DNA of 64,000 bases from Eledone cirrhosa. Lineage: Eukaryota. The stretch's first letter is position 1. Each line of letters begins with the position of its first letter. This document shows, piece by piece, positions 35,030-48,295 of the stretch. The translations under genes and the position numbers were made by a program. Below the pieces are notes generated by a model that saw nothing but the letters and a program-made list of their open reading frames with translations, searched no databases and had not been told where the DNA came from. The stretch is from the NCBI GenBank assembly GCA_964016885.1, contig OZ024761.1, positions 19,034,001 through 19,098,000 on the forward strand, given 5' to 3'.

Positions 35030-36240
35030 GGTCGTAGTGGTAGTGGTAGTGGTGGTAGTGGTGGTGGCGGTGGTAGTGGTAGTGGTGGTGGTGGTGGTAG
35101 TGGTGGTGGTGGTGGTGGCGGTGGTAGTGGTAGTGGTGGTGGTGGTGGTAGTGGTGGTGGCGGTGGTAGTGGTGGTAGTGGTAGTGGTGGTAGTGGTGGT
35201 GGCGGTGGTAGTGGTAGTGGTGGTGGTGGTGGTAGTGGTGGTAGTGGTGGTGGTGGTGGTAGTGGTGGTAGTGGTAGTGGTAGTGGTGGTGGTAGTGGTG
35301 GTAGTGGTGGTAGTGGTAGTGGTGGTGGTAGTGGTGGTAGTGGTGGTGGCGGTGGTAGTGGTGGTGGTGGTGGTAGTGGTAGTGGTGGTAGTGGTGGTAG
35401 TGGTAGTGGTGGTGGTAGTGGTGGTAGTGGTGGTGGCGGTGGTAGTGGTGGTGGTGGTGGTGGTGGTAGTGGTGGTAGTGGTGGTAGTGGTAGTGGTGGT
35501 GGTAGTGGTGGTAGTGGTGGTGGCGGTGGTAGTGGTGGTGGTGGTGGTAGTGGTGGTAGTGGTGGTGGCGGTGGTAGTGGTGGTGGTGGTGGTGGCGGTG
35601 GTAGTGGTGGTGGCGGTAGAATTGGTCGTGATGGTGAGTAGTGGTGGTCGTGGTGGCGGTGGTGGTGGTGATGAAATTGGTCGTGATGGTGGTGGTGGTG
35701 GTGGTCGTCGTAGTGATGGTAGTGGTGGTGGAATTGGTCGTGATGGTGGTAGTGGTAGTGGTGGTGGTAGTGGTAGTGGTGGTGGTGGTGGTAGTGGTGT
35801 TGGTAGTGGTGGTTGTGGTGGTGGTGGTAAGGGTGGTGGTGTTGGTGGTGGAAGGAATTGGTCGTGATGGTGGTAGTGGTGGTGGTGGCCGTCGTCGTGA
35901 TGGTGATGGTGGTGGTGTTGCTGATGGTGGAATTGGTCATGGTGATGGTGGTGTGAAATTGGTGGTGGTGGTGGTGGTGGTAGTGGTGGTGATGGTAGTG
36001 GTGGTGATGGTGGTGGTGGTGATGGTGGTGGTGGTGGTAGTGGTCATGGTGATGGTGGTGTGAAATTGGTGGTGGTGGTGGTGGTGGTAGTGGTGGTGAT
36101 GGTAGTGGTGGTGATGGTGGTGGTGGTGATGGTGGTGGTGGTGGTAGTGGTCATGGTGATGGTGGTGTGAAATTGGTGGTGGTGGTGATGGTGGTGGTGG
36201 TGGTGGTGGTGGTAGTGGTGGTGGTGATGGTGGTGGTAGT
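35030..36240. repeat. (GGT/AGT/GAT)n trinucleotide array
   Basis: Direct reading; it accounts for the poly-G/S, poly-V and poly-P ORFs. Confidence 0.95.
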
Positions 36241-36293
36241 TTTCAGGGTTATTTCTGCAACGGCGGACGTTAGCTGAAACATGCCTTATCTAA

Positions 36294-36327
<34 letters not shown>

Positions 36328-36329
<2 letters not shown>

Positions 36330-38037
36330 GTTTCCATTACTGATACTGTCTGTCTGTCTGTCACAGCTCCTGGCAGAAGAAAGGAGCTGATCATCAGATC
36401 GGACCAAGGAAACAATGTTTCCATTGGTCTTTCCATTACTGATACAGTCTGTCTGTCACAGCTCCTGACAGAAGAAAGGAGCTGATTGTCAGATCGGACC
36501 AAGGAAACAATGTTTCCATTGGTATTTCCATTACTGATACTGTCTGTCTGTCACAGCTCCTGGCAGAAGAAAGGGGCTGATTGTCAGATCGGACCAAGGA
36601 AACAATGTTTCCATTGGTATTTCCATTACTGAGACTGTCTGTCTGTCACAGTTCCTGGCAGAAGAAAGGGGCTGATTGTCAGATCGGACCAAGGAAACAA
36701 TGTTTCCATTGGTCTTTCCATTACTGATACTGTCTGTCTGTCACAGCTCCTGACAGAAGAAAGGAGCTGATTGTCAGATCGGACCAAGGAAACAATGTTT
36801 CCATTGGTATTTCCATTACTGATACTGTCTGTCTGTCACAGCTCCTGGCAGAAGAAAGGGGCTGATTGTCAGATCGGACCAAGGAAACAATGTTTCCATT
36901 GGTATTTCCATTACTGAGACTGTCTGTCTGTCACAGCTCCTGGCAGAAGAAAGGGGCTGATTGTCAGATCGGACCAAGGAAACAATGTTTCCATTGGTAT
37001 TTCCATTACTGAGACTGTCTGTCTGTCACAGCTCCTGGCAGAAGAAAGGGGCTGATTGTCAGATCGGACCAAGGAAACAATGTTTCCATTGGTCTTTCCA
37101 TTACTGATACTGTCTGTCTGTCACAGCTCCTGGCAGAAGAAAGGGGCTGATTGTCAGATCGGACCAAGGAAACAATGTTTCCATTGGTCTTTCCATTACT
37201 GATACAGTCTGTCTGTCACAGCTCCTGACAGAAGAAAGGAGCTGATTGTCAGATCGGACCAAGGAAACAATGTTTCCATTGGTCTTTCCATTACTGATAC
37301 AGTCTGTCTGTCACAGCTCCTGACAGAAGAAAGGAGCTGATTGTCAGATCGGACCAAGGAAACAATGTTTCCATTGGTATTTCCATTACTGAGACTGTCT
37401 GTCTGTCACAGCTCCTGGCAGAAGAAAGGGGCTGATTGTCAGATCGGACCAAGGAAACAATGTTTCCATTGGTCTTTCCATTACTGATATGTGTCTGTCT
37501 GTCACAGCTCCTGGCAGAAGAAAGGGGCTGATTGTCAGATCGGACCAAGGAAACAATGTTTCCATTGGTCTTTCCATTACTGATACAGTCTGTCTGTCAC
37601 AGCTCCTGACAGAAGAAAGGAGCTGATTGTCAGATCGGACCAAGGAAACAATGTTTCCATTGGTATTTCCATTACTGATACAGTCTGTCTGTCACAGCTC
37701 CTGGCAGAAGAAAGGGGCTGATTGTCAGATCGGACCAAGGAAACAATGTTTCCATTGGTCTTTCCATTACTGATACAGTCTGTCTGTCACAGCTCCTGGC
37801 AGAAGAAAGGGGCTGATTGTCAGATCGGACCAAGGAAACAATGTTTCCATTGGTATTTCCATTACTGATACTGTCTGTCTGTCACAGCTCCTGGCAGAAG
37901 AAAGGGGCTGATTGTCAGATCGGACCAAGGAAACAATGTTTCCATTGGTATTTCCATTACTGATACTGTCTGTCTGTCACAGCTCCTGGCAGAAGAAAGG
38001 GGCTGATTGTCAGATCTGACCAAGGAAACAATGTTTC
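36328..38037. repeat. 95-bp tandem satellite, about 18 highly similar copies
   Basis: AGATCGGACC recurs at 36396, 36491, 36586 and onward (period 95). Confidence 0.95.
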
Positions 38038-38588
38038 GAGTACTTTATTTTATCGACCCCGTAAGAATGAAAGCAAAGTTAACCTCGGCGGATTTGAACT
38101 CTAAACGCAAAGGGTCATAACTATATGCTAATAATCGATTAAAATATGTTTTAGAACTCCTCCTAAAAACGTTTTAATAGGTGCATTTCATATTAATAAA
38201 ATGAAAGTTCTCTGATCATTATTTTAACTTTGCCTTTCATCCTTACGAGGTCGATAAAATAAAGTACCAGTAATACACCGAGGATTGCTGGCCTTGTGCC
38301 AAAAGTAGAAACAATTATTTTACAAATGTATTTATCTTTTTTAAAAAATTCATATTAGTGGTCCACGGGATTTAGAATTATGAATTTAGGGGAGAGGTGG
38401 TGGTGGTGGTGGTGGTGATGGGGGAGGAGTCAGCGGTGATGGGGAGGGGAGGGGGCGGCGACGATGGTGGCGGTGGTGATGATGACGGTGGTGGTGATGG
38501 CGATGGTGATGATGGTGATGATGATGGTGATGATGACGGTGGTGGTGGTGGTGGTGGTAACGATGATGGAGTCGATGACCTGGATGAT

Positions 38589-38626
<38 letters not shown>

Positions 38627-39017
38627 GGTGGTGGCGGCGATGATGGTTTCAGCATCATCATCATCATCATCATCATCATGTTGATGGTGGCGGTGGCAGT
38701 GATGGTGAAGGTGATGATGTTGGTGTACAGAGAAGACGATAGGAGGAGGAGGAGGAGAGAGGAGAGACGTCAGAGTTGCCCCCATTACGAGTGTTGACAA
38801 AAACGAGGCGAGGTGTAGGACGGGGGTGGAGGTTAGAGAACCCCCGTCCTCCCACCCCTCCGATGGGGATTGGAGGGTGGGTGGGGGGTCGCTGAGGAGG
38901 AATTGGGGCCAAATTTAAAGTCCAATGATCTAATTCGTCCTTCACTCTACTTACTACGTCTCCCAGCCGACAGGCTGCCGAGGCCATGCTGGGGTACCCC
39001 GCCGTTAAATATAAAGT

Positions 39018-39063
39018 TCCCATGCTGAGAATCGAACCCCGGGGCCGCTGCCCGGGTGAAAAC
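39018..39063 (-). pseudogene. tRNA-Glu(TTC)-like 3' half (pseudogene or SINE head)
   Basis: Minus: GTTTTCACCCGGGCAGCGGCCCCGGGGTTCGATTCTCAGCATGGGA has an anticodon-loop-like TTTTCAC, a T-loop GGTTCGATTC and an acceptor-like ATGGGA; 5' half absent. Confidence 0.5.
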
Positions 39064-39228
39064 TTACTTAACCCTGTCTGTGAGGGGTGAGGTGTAGGGG
39101 GTGGAAGAAAGAGAGAGAGCGAGAGGGAGAGAGGGGGAGAGAGATGTTGTGACATTGATGCTTTTCTGCCTTACGGCAATGTGGATTGTAGATCGTGTGT
39201 GTATGTATATGTGTATATATATGTATGT

Positions 39229-39260
<32 letters not shown>

Positions 39261-39311
39261 GTGTGTATATATATATATGTGTGTGTGTGTGTTTCCGTTA
39301 TCTCTAAGTGT

Positions 39312-39495
39312 ACACAGACACACACACAGGAGCACACACAGGCAGACACACGATCACACACACAGACACACGCACACCAGGACACACACACACGATCACA
39401 CACACACACACACGATCACACACAAACACACACCCAGGGACACTCACACCCAGACACAGACACACAAACACACACAGAGACACACGCACACACAG

Positions 39496-39526
<31 letters not shown>

Positions 39527-39647
39527 GGCAGACACACTGTCACACACAAACACACACCCAGACACAGACACACAGACACACACACACACAGGCAGACACA
39601 CGATCACACACACAGACACACGCACACCAGGACACACACACACGATC

Positions 39648-39679
<32 letters not shown>

Positions 39680-40020
39680 ACCCAGGGACACTCACACCCA
39701 GACACAGACACACAAACACACACAGAGACACACGCACACACAGACATACACACACACACACACACACACAGACACACTGTCACACACAAACACACACCCA
39801 GACACAGACACACACACACACAGGCAGACACACGATCACACACAAACACACATCCAGAGACACTCACACCCAGACACAGACACACAGACAGACACACACA
39901 CACAGGCAGACACACGATCACACACGATCACACACCCAGGGACACTCACACCCAGACGCAGTCACACAAACACACAAACAGACAGACGATCACACACAGG
40001 CAAACAGACACACAGACACA
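39312..40020. repeat. Complex (CA)-rich array with ~245-bp higher-order duplication
   Basis: Recurring caggcagacacacgatcaca and cccagggacactcacacccagaca blocks. Confidence 0.85.
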
Positions 40021-40605
40021 CGAGGTTTTTACGTTGTTGAATAGCACGTGGTCTCAATGAAACATCAATGACTGCAATCACCACCACCACCACTACCACC
40101 ACCACCACCACTACCATCACCACCACTAGTACCGCCACTACTATCACCCCCACCATTAGTACCACCACTACCATCACTACCACCACCACTACTATCACTA
40201 CCATCACAACCATCACCACTGCCACAACTACCATTACCACTACTACACCACCACCAATACTACCACTACCATCACCACCACTAGTACCACCATTAGTACC
40301 ACCACTACCATCATTACCACCACCACTACTATCACTACCATCACAATCATCACCACTGCCACAACTACCATTACCACTACTACACCACCACTAATACTAC
40401 CACTACCGTCACTACAACCACAACTACCACCGCAATACACAAAGCTGGTAATTAGACCCTGCTAGATGTGAAATATCTGGCGCCCATTCTAGTACCTGAC
40501 CCATTCCAGATGTGTTTTGTATATAATACGCATTTCCAGCGAATTTCAACCGTTGAGGTTGTCTTTTTTCCGGGTATGTCAATATTTATTTATAAAACAA
40601 ATCTG

Positions 40606-40671
40606 TATTTTATCTGATGAAAGCGCGCCATAATTTACCTTGGTCGCCCTTGAAATATATATAATAAAATA
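40606..40671 (+). ncRNA. Minimal type I hammerhead ribozyme (family D variant)
   Basis: TATTTTAT-CTGATGA-aagcgcgcca..tggtcgccctt-GAAA-TATAT-ATA-ATAAAATA. Confidence 0.7.
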
Positions 40672-40711
40672 ATTATGGTTTCCTAAATATAGTTTCCATT
40701 TATTAATATGT

Positions 40712-40746
<35 letters not shown>

Positions 40747-41277
40747 CAATTAAGTCAAATTTAATTTCGTTTCGTTATTTGTTTTTATATATATATATAT
40801 ATAGGAAAATGTATGACCCCGACGGCAGAGCTCAAGCCGTTTCGACGGCTATTTCTGGACTAAATTTAGTCCAGAAATTTTTGAGTACACATCCATTTTG
40901 ATAGTTATCACAGTTCGGAAAATAAATATCACTATAGCATCATATATATTTTATTATACGTATTTCAAGGATACCAAATTATAGTATACTTTTATCAGAT
41001 AAAATATAATATTTGATGTATAAGATAGTAACATACCCGAAATATAAAAATATAAGCCTTTAACTTTGGCTTACAGTGGATATGTTGAGCAAAACTCAAA
41101 ATTTCACAAGGTATACCTTAACAGGGATATATTGAACAGATAAAAGACCGTTACTTTAGACGCTAGAGAATTTTGAAAAATAGTGTGTTTATGTCCTACG
41201 CCATCATATATATATATATATATGATGGCGTAGGACAGAACAAAGGAGAGTCACACAAACAAAGAAAAGAATCCCCA

Positions 41278-41320
41278 GTCACTGAAGAGGTCACAGAATG
41301 TGTGACGAAAGAACTTTGAC
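41278..41320 (+). ncRNA. Minimal type I hammerhead ribozyme (family I)
   Basis: GTCA-CTGAAGA-g-GTCACA-gaatg-TGTGAC-GAAA-GAAC-TT-TGAC. Confidence 0.7.
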
Positions 41321-41510
41321 ACTATATAAACAACCACCTGGTTGTGGAACCAACCAACCAACCGGAAATTTATAAATTTATTATAATAAATTGAAGTGAA
41401 AGCAATTGGTGCGTGTGTTTCTTATTGACAACATGACCCTCCCAAAGTATAACAATATCGGTTACAACACACGTTTTCAGATAAAGAATCTTGCTAAACA
41501 AATTCAGAAA

Positions 41511-41613
<103 letters not shown>

Positions 41614-42036
41614 GTATTAAATTAACAATGAAAATAAAAACAACTAAGTCAAGTTATTTTACCTATTCATATCATAGTTTTACGATCGTTTCGTAGGGTC
41701 GATGATATTGACATATTGTCTTATCTATAGCAGTTATATAACTGTATACTATCAGACCTCATATATAGGTTCGATCAGACCGTCTGTGTATTTTACATTT
41801 TTTTGTGTGAGGGGTCCACCAAACCTGGAGTGCCCCGGGTTTCCCCAAGGTCAAAATCCAGTCAGAACCACACGACAGAACCAAATGAAAGGAGAAATAC
41901 GTTCTATATACACAAAAACGTAGGGGTTGAATAGAGAAAAATTTTTATGAATGAAATGTATGGCTCCCTTTGTCCTCAGTGGGTTGAAATGATAATAAGC
42001 AGACAAATGAAAAGAGAGATAAGCAATAAATATACA

Positions 42037-42160
42037 ATAATTGTTTCTACTTTTGGCACAACGCCAGCAATTACCCCAATGTATTACTGGTACTTTATTT
42101 TATCGACCCCGTAAGGATGAAAGGCAAAGTTAACCTCGGCGGGATTTGAACTCAGATCAT
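42037..42160 (-). mobile_element. SINE family S1 3' part
   Basis: S1 match. Further S1 pieces lie at about 38040-38130 (-), 38225-38319 (+), 43336-43437 (-) and 50615-50695 (+). Confidence 0.8.
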
Positions 42161-42429
42161 AAATACAATATTATCGTAGCTAAACAGAGAAACACTTTTT
42201 ATGAATGAAATTTATAACCGGAAACGCCCCCACCCCTTGGTCATCTCGGGCATTTGTTTACTTTGCTCCGCAACAATTTTAGGAGGAACTGTTTCTGATT
42301 TTCATCTTTTGGAGAATCATTAACCCTCTTTACGAGACAAATACCTCGCTCGGCAGTGCCTTTCACAACTTTCAGAGTGTCAACAGATGCTTTGGAATTG
42401 GTCGTCAGTGCAAATTGATTAACACACAC

Positions 42430-42520
<91 letters not shown>

Positions 42521-42786
42521 GAAGCTTCGTATGCACGTGTAACGCACAAGCACAAATTTATATGCACATGCACATGTATAGCTCTTTTTACAAAACGGTT
42601 ATTTTTCCATTTCAGGTAGACGCGCTCCATCATCCACGTTTCTAAAAAAATAAATCATACACAAAACGCCAGCACCAACAGCTTTCCAAGAGATGTCAAC
42701 ATGAATGGACCTGTTATTTTTATCTAAAGACATTTTTTCCAATTCCAACCCGTCCATCCCTTCAATCTATCTTATTTCTCATTCTT

Positions 42787-42822
42787 TCTTCTGATGAAGG
42801 ACTAGTGTCCGAAACGTTAAGA
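42787..42822 (+). ncRNA. Minimal type I hammerhead ribozyme (family J)
   Basis: TCTT-CTGATGA-a-GGAC-tagt-GTCC-GAAA-CG-TT-AAGA; AACGTT palindromic stem III, typical of PLE HHRs. Confidence 0.8.
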
Positions 42823-42918
42823 CCCTCTTCCTGCTATTTCAAGCGTTAACCTAATATATTCCTTCCATATACTGTACTGGTTGTGTTGTTGTTTCTGTTT
42901 ACCTTTTACCCACCCACC

Positions 42919-42998
<80 letters not shown>

Positions 42999-44528
42999 AT
43001 GTAGAACAGTAAAACACGAGTTGATATATATAAAAACAAATAGTAGAAAGGAAAAAAGATTCTTTCAGTAGAAAATGTTGAGATTTTTTTCTGTGAGATA
43101 TCAAAACATTAATTTATTACTTGTGCACGTGCGTATGCATGTGTGTGTCTGTTATACGCCCGTACGAAGCTAATATATATGTATATAAAATTACAAACAT
43201 TTTTGTAAAACACCATCATCCACATGAGTGGGAATAGCTTTCATTGCGGAACATTTACACGTGTTTCATCATATGTGCTATATATCATCATATCGCTAAT
43301 TTTTTTCATTATTATATCATTATTGTAAATAAATTAATTGTTTCTACTTTAGGCACAAGGCCAGCAATTACCCAGTGCATTACTGGTATTTATTTTATCG
43401 ACCCCGTAAGGATGAAAAGCAATATCAACCTCGGCGGTTGTAAATAAATTAATGTTTTGATATCTCACAGAAAAAAATCTCTTCAACATTTTTTACTGAA
43501 AGAATTTTTTTCCTTTCTACTATTTGTTTTTATATATATATATATACATGACATACATGTGTGTGTGTGTATGATGGACTTATGTGTGTCCAGTTAAGAG
43601 AATAGAAAAATAGACATTTACAGGAGTGGACTCCTTAAAAATCGTAGTCACTCGTAAACTGATCTGGTAAGCCAACACCACCACCAACAACAACAACACC
43701 ACCAACAACAACACCACCACCAACAACAACAACACTACCACCTACAACACAACACTCTATCACTACCAACACCACCACAACCAACAACACCATTACCACT
43801 ACCACCACCAACACCTCTATTACCACTACCAACAGCAACACCACCACCACTAGTAACAACACCACCACCACCAACAACAACAACTCCACCACCAACACCT
43901 CCATTACCACTACCACTAGTAACAACAACAACACCACCACCACCACCAACACCTCCATTACCACTACCAACAGCAACACCACCACCACTAGTAACAACAA
44001 CACCATTGCCACCACCAACAACAACACCACCACCACCACCAACACCTCCATTACCACTACCAACAGCAACACCACCACCACTAGTAGCAACAACAACACC
44101 ACCACCAACACCTCCCCTCCATTACCAACAGCAACACCACCACCACCAACACCTCCACCTCCATTACCACTACCACCACCACCACCACCACCACAACAGT
44201 ATTCCCACCACCACCACCACCACCACAACAGTATTCCCACCACCACCACCACCACAACAACAACAACAACAACAGTTTGCAAGTGATCTGACGACACTCC
44301 TCACTGGCTGAAAGCTCGCTTATCTCACTGAAAACGCCAGAACTGTTTTTCTGAGAATTTCAAGCCCCACCTGCTTACCTCCCCTCCCCAATATGTCTTC
44401 CTCTTTCACTCTGTCACGTCTTATACTCTGTCACGTCCCTAATCGCTCTTCCCTCTTTCACTTTAATCTTCCTTACTCTATTTCCCCTCCATCTACCCCT
44501 CTTTACACACACACATATATAGTCACAT

Positions 44529-44564
<36 letters not shown>

Positions 44565-44572
44565 CACATATA

Positions 44573-44604
<32 letters not shown>

Positions 44605-45146
44605 CATTTCTCTTTCTACTTCCCTCTTTCTCTTCCTCCCATACTCCGTCTATGTCTTTTTATCTGTTGATTGTCTCTCCCTCCCTCTATCTATCTATTT
44701 ATTTATAACAACTTCTCCTCCTCCCATTTAATTCATCTTTATTCTCTTTTATTTTTCCATCTCCACCCCTTTATTTGTTTCTGCTCTTCTCGTCTCTCTA
44801 ACCCTCCCCCCCCCCCCCTTCCGTACTTCACCCCGCTCGCTCAGTCGTCTATTTCAACTACTAGTACTTCTACTAAATTACTATTACTGCTGCTACTACT
44901 ACTACTTCACACTTAATTCTCCTCTTTCTCCCTCCTTTACACCCCTCCTCTCCCTATCACCCCCCACCTCTCCCGCTCTCACTTTCTGTCTTTTCTCATT
45001 TCAATTACTACTACTACTACTACTACTACCACTACTACCACTATTACTATTACTATTACTACATCGCACTTATTCCTCCTCCTCCCTCTTTGCCCTCGTC
45101 AGTCTGTCTGTCCCCCTCTCTCTCTCTCTTTATATATATATATATA

Positions 45147-45208
45147 TGATGGCTGCCCCCTCGTTATCGAGTATGGCCATTGCACAATAAAAAAAAAAAA
45201 CAAAAAAC

Positions 45209-45239
<31 letters not shown>

Positions 45240-45278
45240 AAAAAAAAAAAAAAATAAAAAAAAAAAAATAAAAAAAAA

Positions 45279-45327
<49 letters not shown>

Positions 45328-45406
45328 GCAATAATAATAATAACGACAACAACAATAATAATATACATATTCATATATATATACACACACACGCACGCAC
45401 ATAAGC

Positions 45407-45444
<38 letters not shown>

Positions 45445-48295
45445 GATAGCAACTAACAGTGCTGCGATCGAATGTGGCTTTTTAGCCCAGCCAATGATCC
45501 AAAATGTCTTGCACAGAGTCGGCAACCAAAACATTTACTGGGAATAGTCGGCTGTGGTTGGAGTTCGTGTACTTTTGCATGTCGCTTGAGTCCTCCTGCT
45601 GATTTACATTCTCTACCACATGTTTGGCAAGCATGATGAGTAGCATCTCCAACAGCAGCCTGGTAGTCAACCACTGGTCTTACTTTATGACTGCGAAGAT
45701 GACTTTCGAGTCCAGCTTTGCTTAGGCAGAGTCTCGCACAGACGCTGCATGTCAGAAACATAGGAGGACCCTCGCCGTCTGGAAGTGCAACAGCAATACC
45801 CTTCCTCACGTCCCGCTTTACTTTCTCGTGTGCGATTCGAGATGCCTCAAAGGCAACTTTTCCCTCATATACAGTCTTTCTCCATTTATTACGATCAGCA
45901 GCAATATTTTCCCATGTATCAGCAGAGATGTTAGCGTCTTTCAGAGAGGCCTTCAAGGAATCCTTATACCTCTTTTTTGGTTTATGTGGCGGTCGTTTTC
46001 CTTTAACCAACTCTCCATAGAAGAGTTGTTTTGGTATTCTAGAATCCTTCATCCTGGCAAGGTGACCACTCCAACGGAGTCGCTGCTTAAGCACAAGAGC
46101 TTCTATACTGTCACACATAGAGCTTTCCAAAATCTCGACATCACTGATGTGGTCCCTCCAGCGAACGCCATGTATCCGTCTGAGACACATCTGATGGAAA
46201 CGCTCCAATTGCTTAAGGTGGCGTCGATATGTGACCCAGGTCTCGCAGGCATAAAGAAGACAAGAGAGTACACATGCCCTGTACACCTTTACCTTTGTCC
46301 TCCTGCATATGTCTCGCCGACCCCAGAGTCGCCTTTCTAGCTTTCCGAAAGCATCACTTGCTTTCCTAATCCTAAGTGAGATTTCACCGTCAAGGTTGCC
46401 GTATCGATTGACAGTGCTTCCCAGGTAGACAAACTGATCAACCACTCCAAGTCGTTTGCCATACACATAGATGTTTGGTTCAGTGTACTGCCTACCAGGT
46501 GCAGGTTGGTACATGACGACGGTTTTCTTGAGACTGACAGTCAAACCCAGGGCAGTGCAAGCGTCAGAAAATACATTCAAAATGTGCTGCATATCACTCT
46601 CTGTGTGCGCTACAAGATCGCAATCATCTGCATACAAGAGGTCTCTTATGACTGATGTAAATACTTTTGTCTTCGCAGCAAAGCGCCTGATGTTAAATAT
46701 GCTGCCTGAGGTTCGATATCGGATGTAAACACCATGCTCGCAATTCCTGAATGCAACACAGAAAACCATTGCAAAGTATATGGCAAACAGGGTCGGTGCT
46801 GGAATATCCCCCTGTTTCACTCCATTTTTTACTGAGATAGGCTCCGACATGTTACCTCCGACATTAACCCAAGCCTTCATGTCGTCATGGAAAGACCTAA
46901 CTAAAGCAAGGAACTTATCAGGGCAACCAAGTTTCTGGAGAACCTTCCATAATGCATCTCTGTTGACAGTATCGAAAGCCTTTGTCAGATCGACAAAAAC
47001 CTGATACAGATCCAAGCCCTGTTCAATGCACTTCTCCTGGAGCTGTCTAGCTGAGAAGATCATATCAGTAGTGCCGCGTCCAACACGAAAACCAGATTGA
47101 CTTTCAGGAAGGACACAATCTGCAATGTGTGTCAGCAGACGGTCCAGAAGCACCCTACATAAAACCTTCCCCACGACAGAAAGCAATGATATACCTCTGT
47201 AGTTCCCACAATCATTCCTGTTACCCTTTCCCTTGTACAAGACCACCATTACTGCATCTCTCCAGTCCTCAGGCACGGATTCATTAGCCCATATCCTTCC
47301 AAACAGAGAGTGAAGATGTTGCAGGAGTCTCTCACCACCATATTGTAGGAGCTCAGCATGTATGCCATCCATACCTGGAGATCTTCCACTGTTCAGCTTC
47401 GAAATAGCCACTGCAACCTCCACAAGTGTCGGAGGCTCTGCGAGAGCTACTTTCACAGGACTTTCCGGAATGAGATTGAGGAAATCTTCACTGACGACAG
47501 ACGGCTGATTCAAAAGATCATCAAAGTGCTCCCGCCACCTTCGTAGAATTCCCTGTGAGTCACGAAGAAGTTCTTTGCCATCCTTGCTGCGAATCGGTGT
47601 CACCAGAGAAGAAGACGGTCCATAAACCTCACGCAAGAGACTGTACAACAGCTTTGTGTTATTGCAATCAGACGCAGTTTGTATCTCACCAGCCTTCTCA
47701 CTCCACCACTGATCCTTCATCTGAGAAAGACTCCGCCTAACACGTGATTTTACATCCCTGAGCTCCTCATGCAACGTATTCCTCTCCTGTGGTCTTGCCG
47801 TCAAGTAGCGTGACAGAGCGCGCCTCTTATCAGCCAACAAGTCATCTATATGCACATCTTTCTCATTAAACCAGTCCTGATGTTTTCTCTGCACCAATCC
47901 CAGAACACGTCTGCCTACATCATAAACCGACTTTTTAAGGGTCGGCCAATCCTCACCAAGATCTGCAGCCTGCATCTCTTCTTCCAATGTCCTCTTCACA
48001 TTTTTATCCTTAAGACGAGCAGCATTCAATCTTTTGGGCAGGGCAACACCAGGAGCCCGGATTTTACGTTTGGTGATTAGATTCACTTTTGCGCGTACCA
48101 GGCGGTGGTCCGTCCAGCACTCAGCTCCACGAAGAACACGAACACACCGCACATCCTGTCTGTCACGCATCCTGACTAGGACGTAGTCCAAAAGATGCCA
48201 TTCCTTAGATGCAGGATGCATCCATGTGGTCTTGAATTTGTTCTTTTGTTGGAACATGGTGTTGGTAACACACAGATCCAGCTCCTCACACATCC
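45147..48295 (-). mobile_element. 5'-truncated RTE-clade (BovB-like) LINE
   Basis: Long ORF plus a 3' terminal CTCG-ataa-CGAG hairpin and ..GCAGCCATC(AT)n end at about 45147-45185. Confidence 0.9.
45453..48293 (-). CDS. RTE polyprotein: C-terminal part of APE endonuclease, RT, three C2H2 zinc fingers (N-terminus missing)
   Basis: TWMHP..WHLLDYVLV..TDHRLV; NYRGISLLS, DLTKAFD, GVKQG, LYADD; three CxxC..GL..H...H motifs; 946 aa uninterrupted. Confidence 0.9.
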   Translation of the reverse strand: MCEELDLCVTNTMFQQKNKFKTTWMHPASKEWHLLDYVLVRMRDRQDVRCVRVLRGAECWTDHRLVRAKVNLITKRKIRAPGVALPKRLNAARLKDKNVKRTLEEEMQAADLGEDWPTLKKSVYDVGRRVLGLVQRKHQDWFNEKDVHIDDLLADKRRALSRYLTARPQERNTLHEELRDVKSRVRRSLSQMKDQWWSEKAGEIQTASDCNNTKLLYSLLREVYGPSSSLVTPIRSKDGKELLRDSQGILRRWREHFDDLLNQPSVVSEDFLNLIPESPVKVALAEPPTLVEVAVAISKLNSGRSPGMDGIHAELLQYGGERLLQHLHSLFGRIWANESVPEDWRDAVMVVLYKGKGNRNDCGNYRGISLLSVVGKVLCRVLLDRLLTHIADCVLPESQSGFRVGRGTTDMIFSARQLQEKCIEQGLDLYQVFVDLTKAFDTVNRDALWKVLQKLGCPDKFLALVRSFHDDMKAWVNVGGNMSEPISVKNGVKQGDIPAPTLFAIYFAMVFCVAFRNCEHGVYIRYRTSGSIFNIRRFAAKTKVFTSVIRDLLYADDCDLVAHTESDMQHILNVFSDACTALGLTVSLKKTVVMYQPAPGRQYTEPNIYVYGKRLGVVDQFVYLGSTVNRYGNLDGEISLRIRKASDAFGKLERRLWGRRDICRRTKVKVYRACVLSCLLYACETWVTYRRHLKQLERFHQMCLRRIHGVRWRDHISDVEILESSMCDSIEALVLKQRLRWSGHLARMKDSRIPKQLFYGELVKGKRPPHKPKKRYKDSLKASLKDANISADTWENIAADRNKWRKTVYEGKVAFEASRIAHEKVKRDVRKGIAVALPDGEGPPMFLTCSVCARLCLSKAGLESHLRSHKVRPVVDYQAAVGDATHHACQTCGRECKSAGGLKRHAKVHELQPQPTIPSKCFGCRLCARHFGSLAGLKSHIRSQHC

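Noticed and set aside
34811-36063. Gly/Ser-rich, poly-Val and poly-Pro ORFs resembling structural proteins
   Set aside because: Pure triplet array open in several frames on both strands; no unique domain or signal peptide.
36328-38037. CRISPR-like regular repeat
   Set aside because: Units are near-identical along their full length with no unique spacers, there are no cas genes, and the context is eukaryotic.
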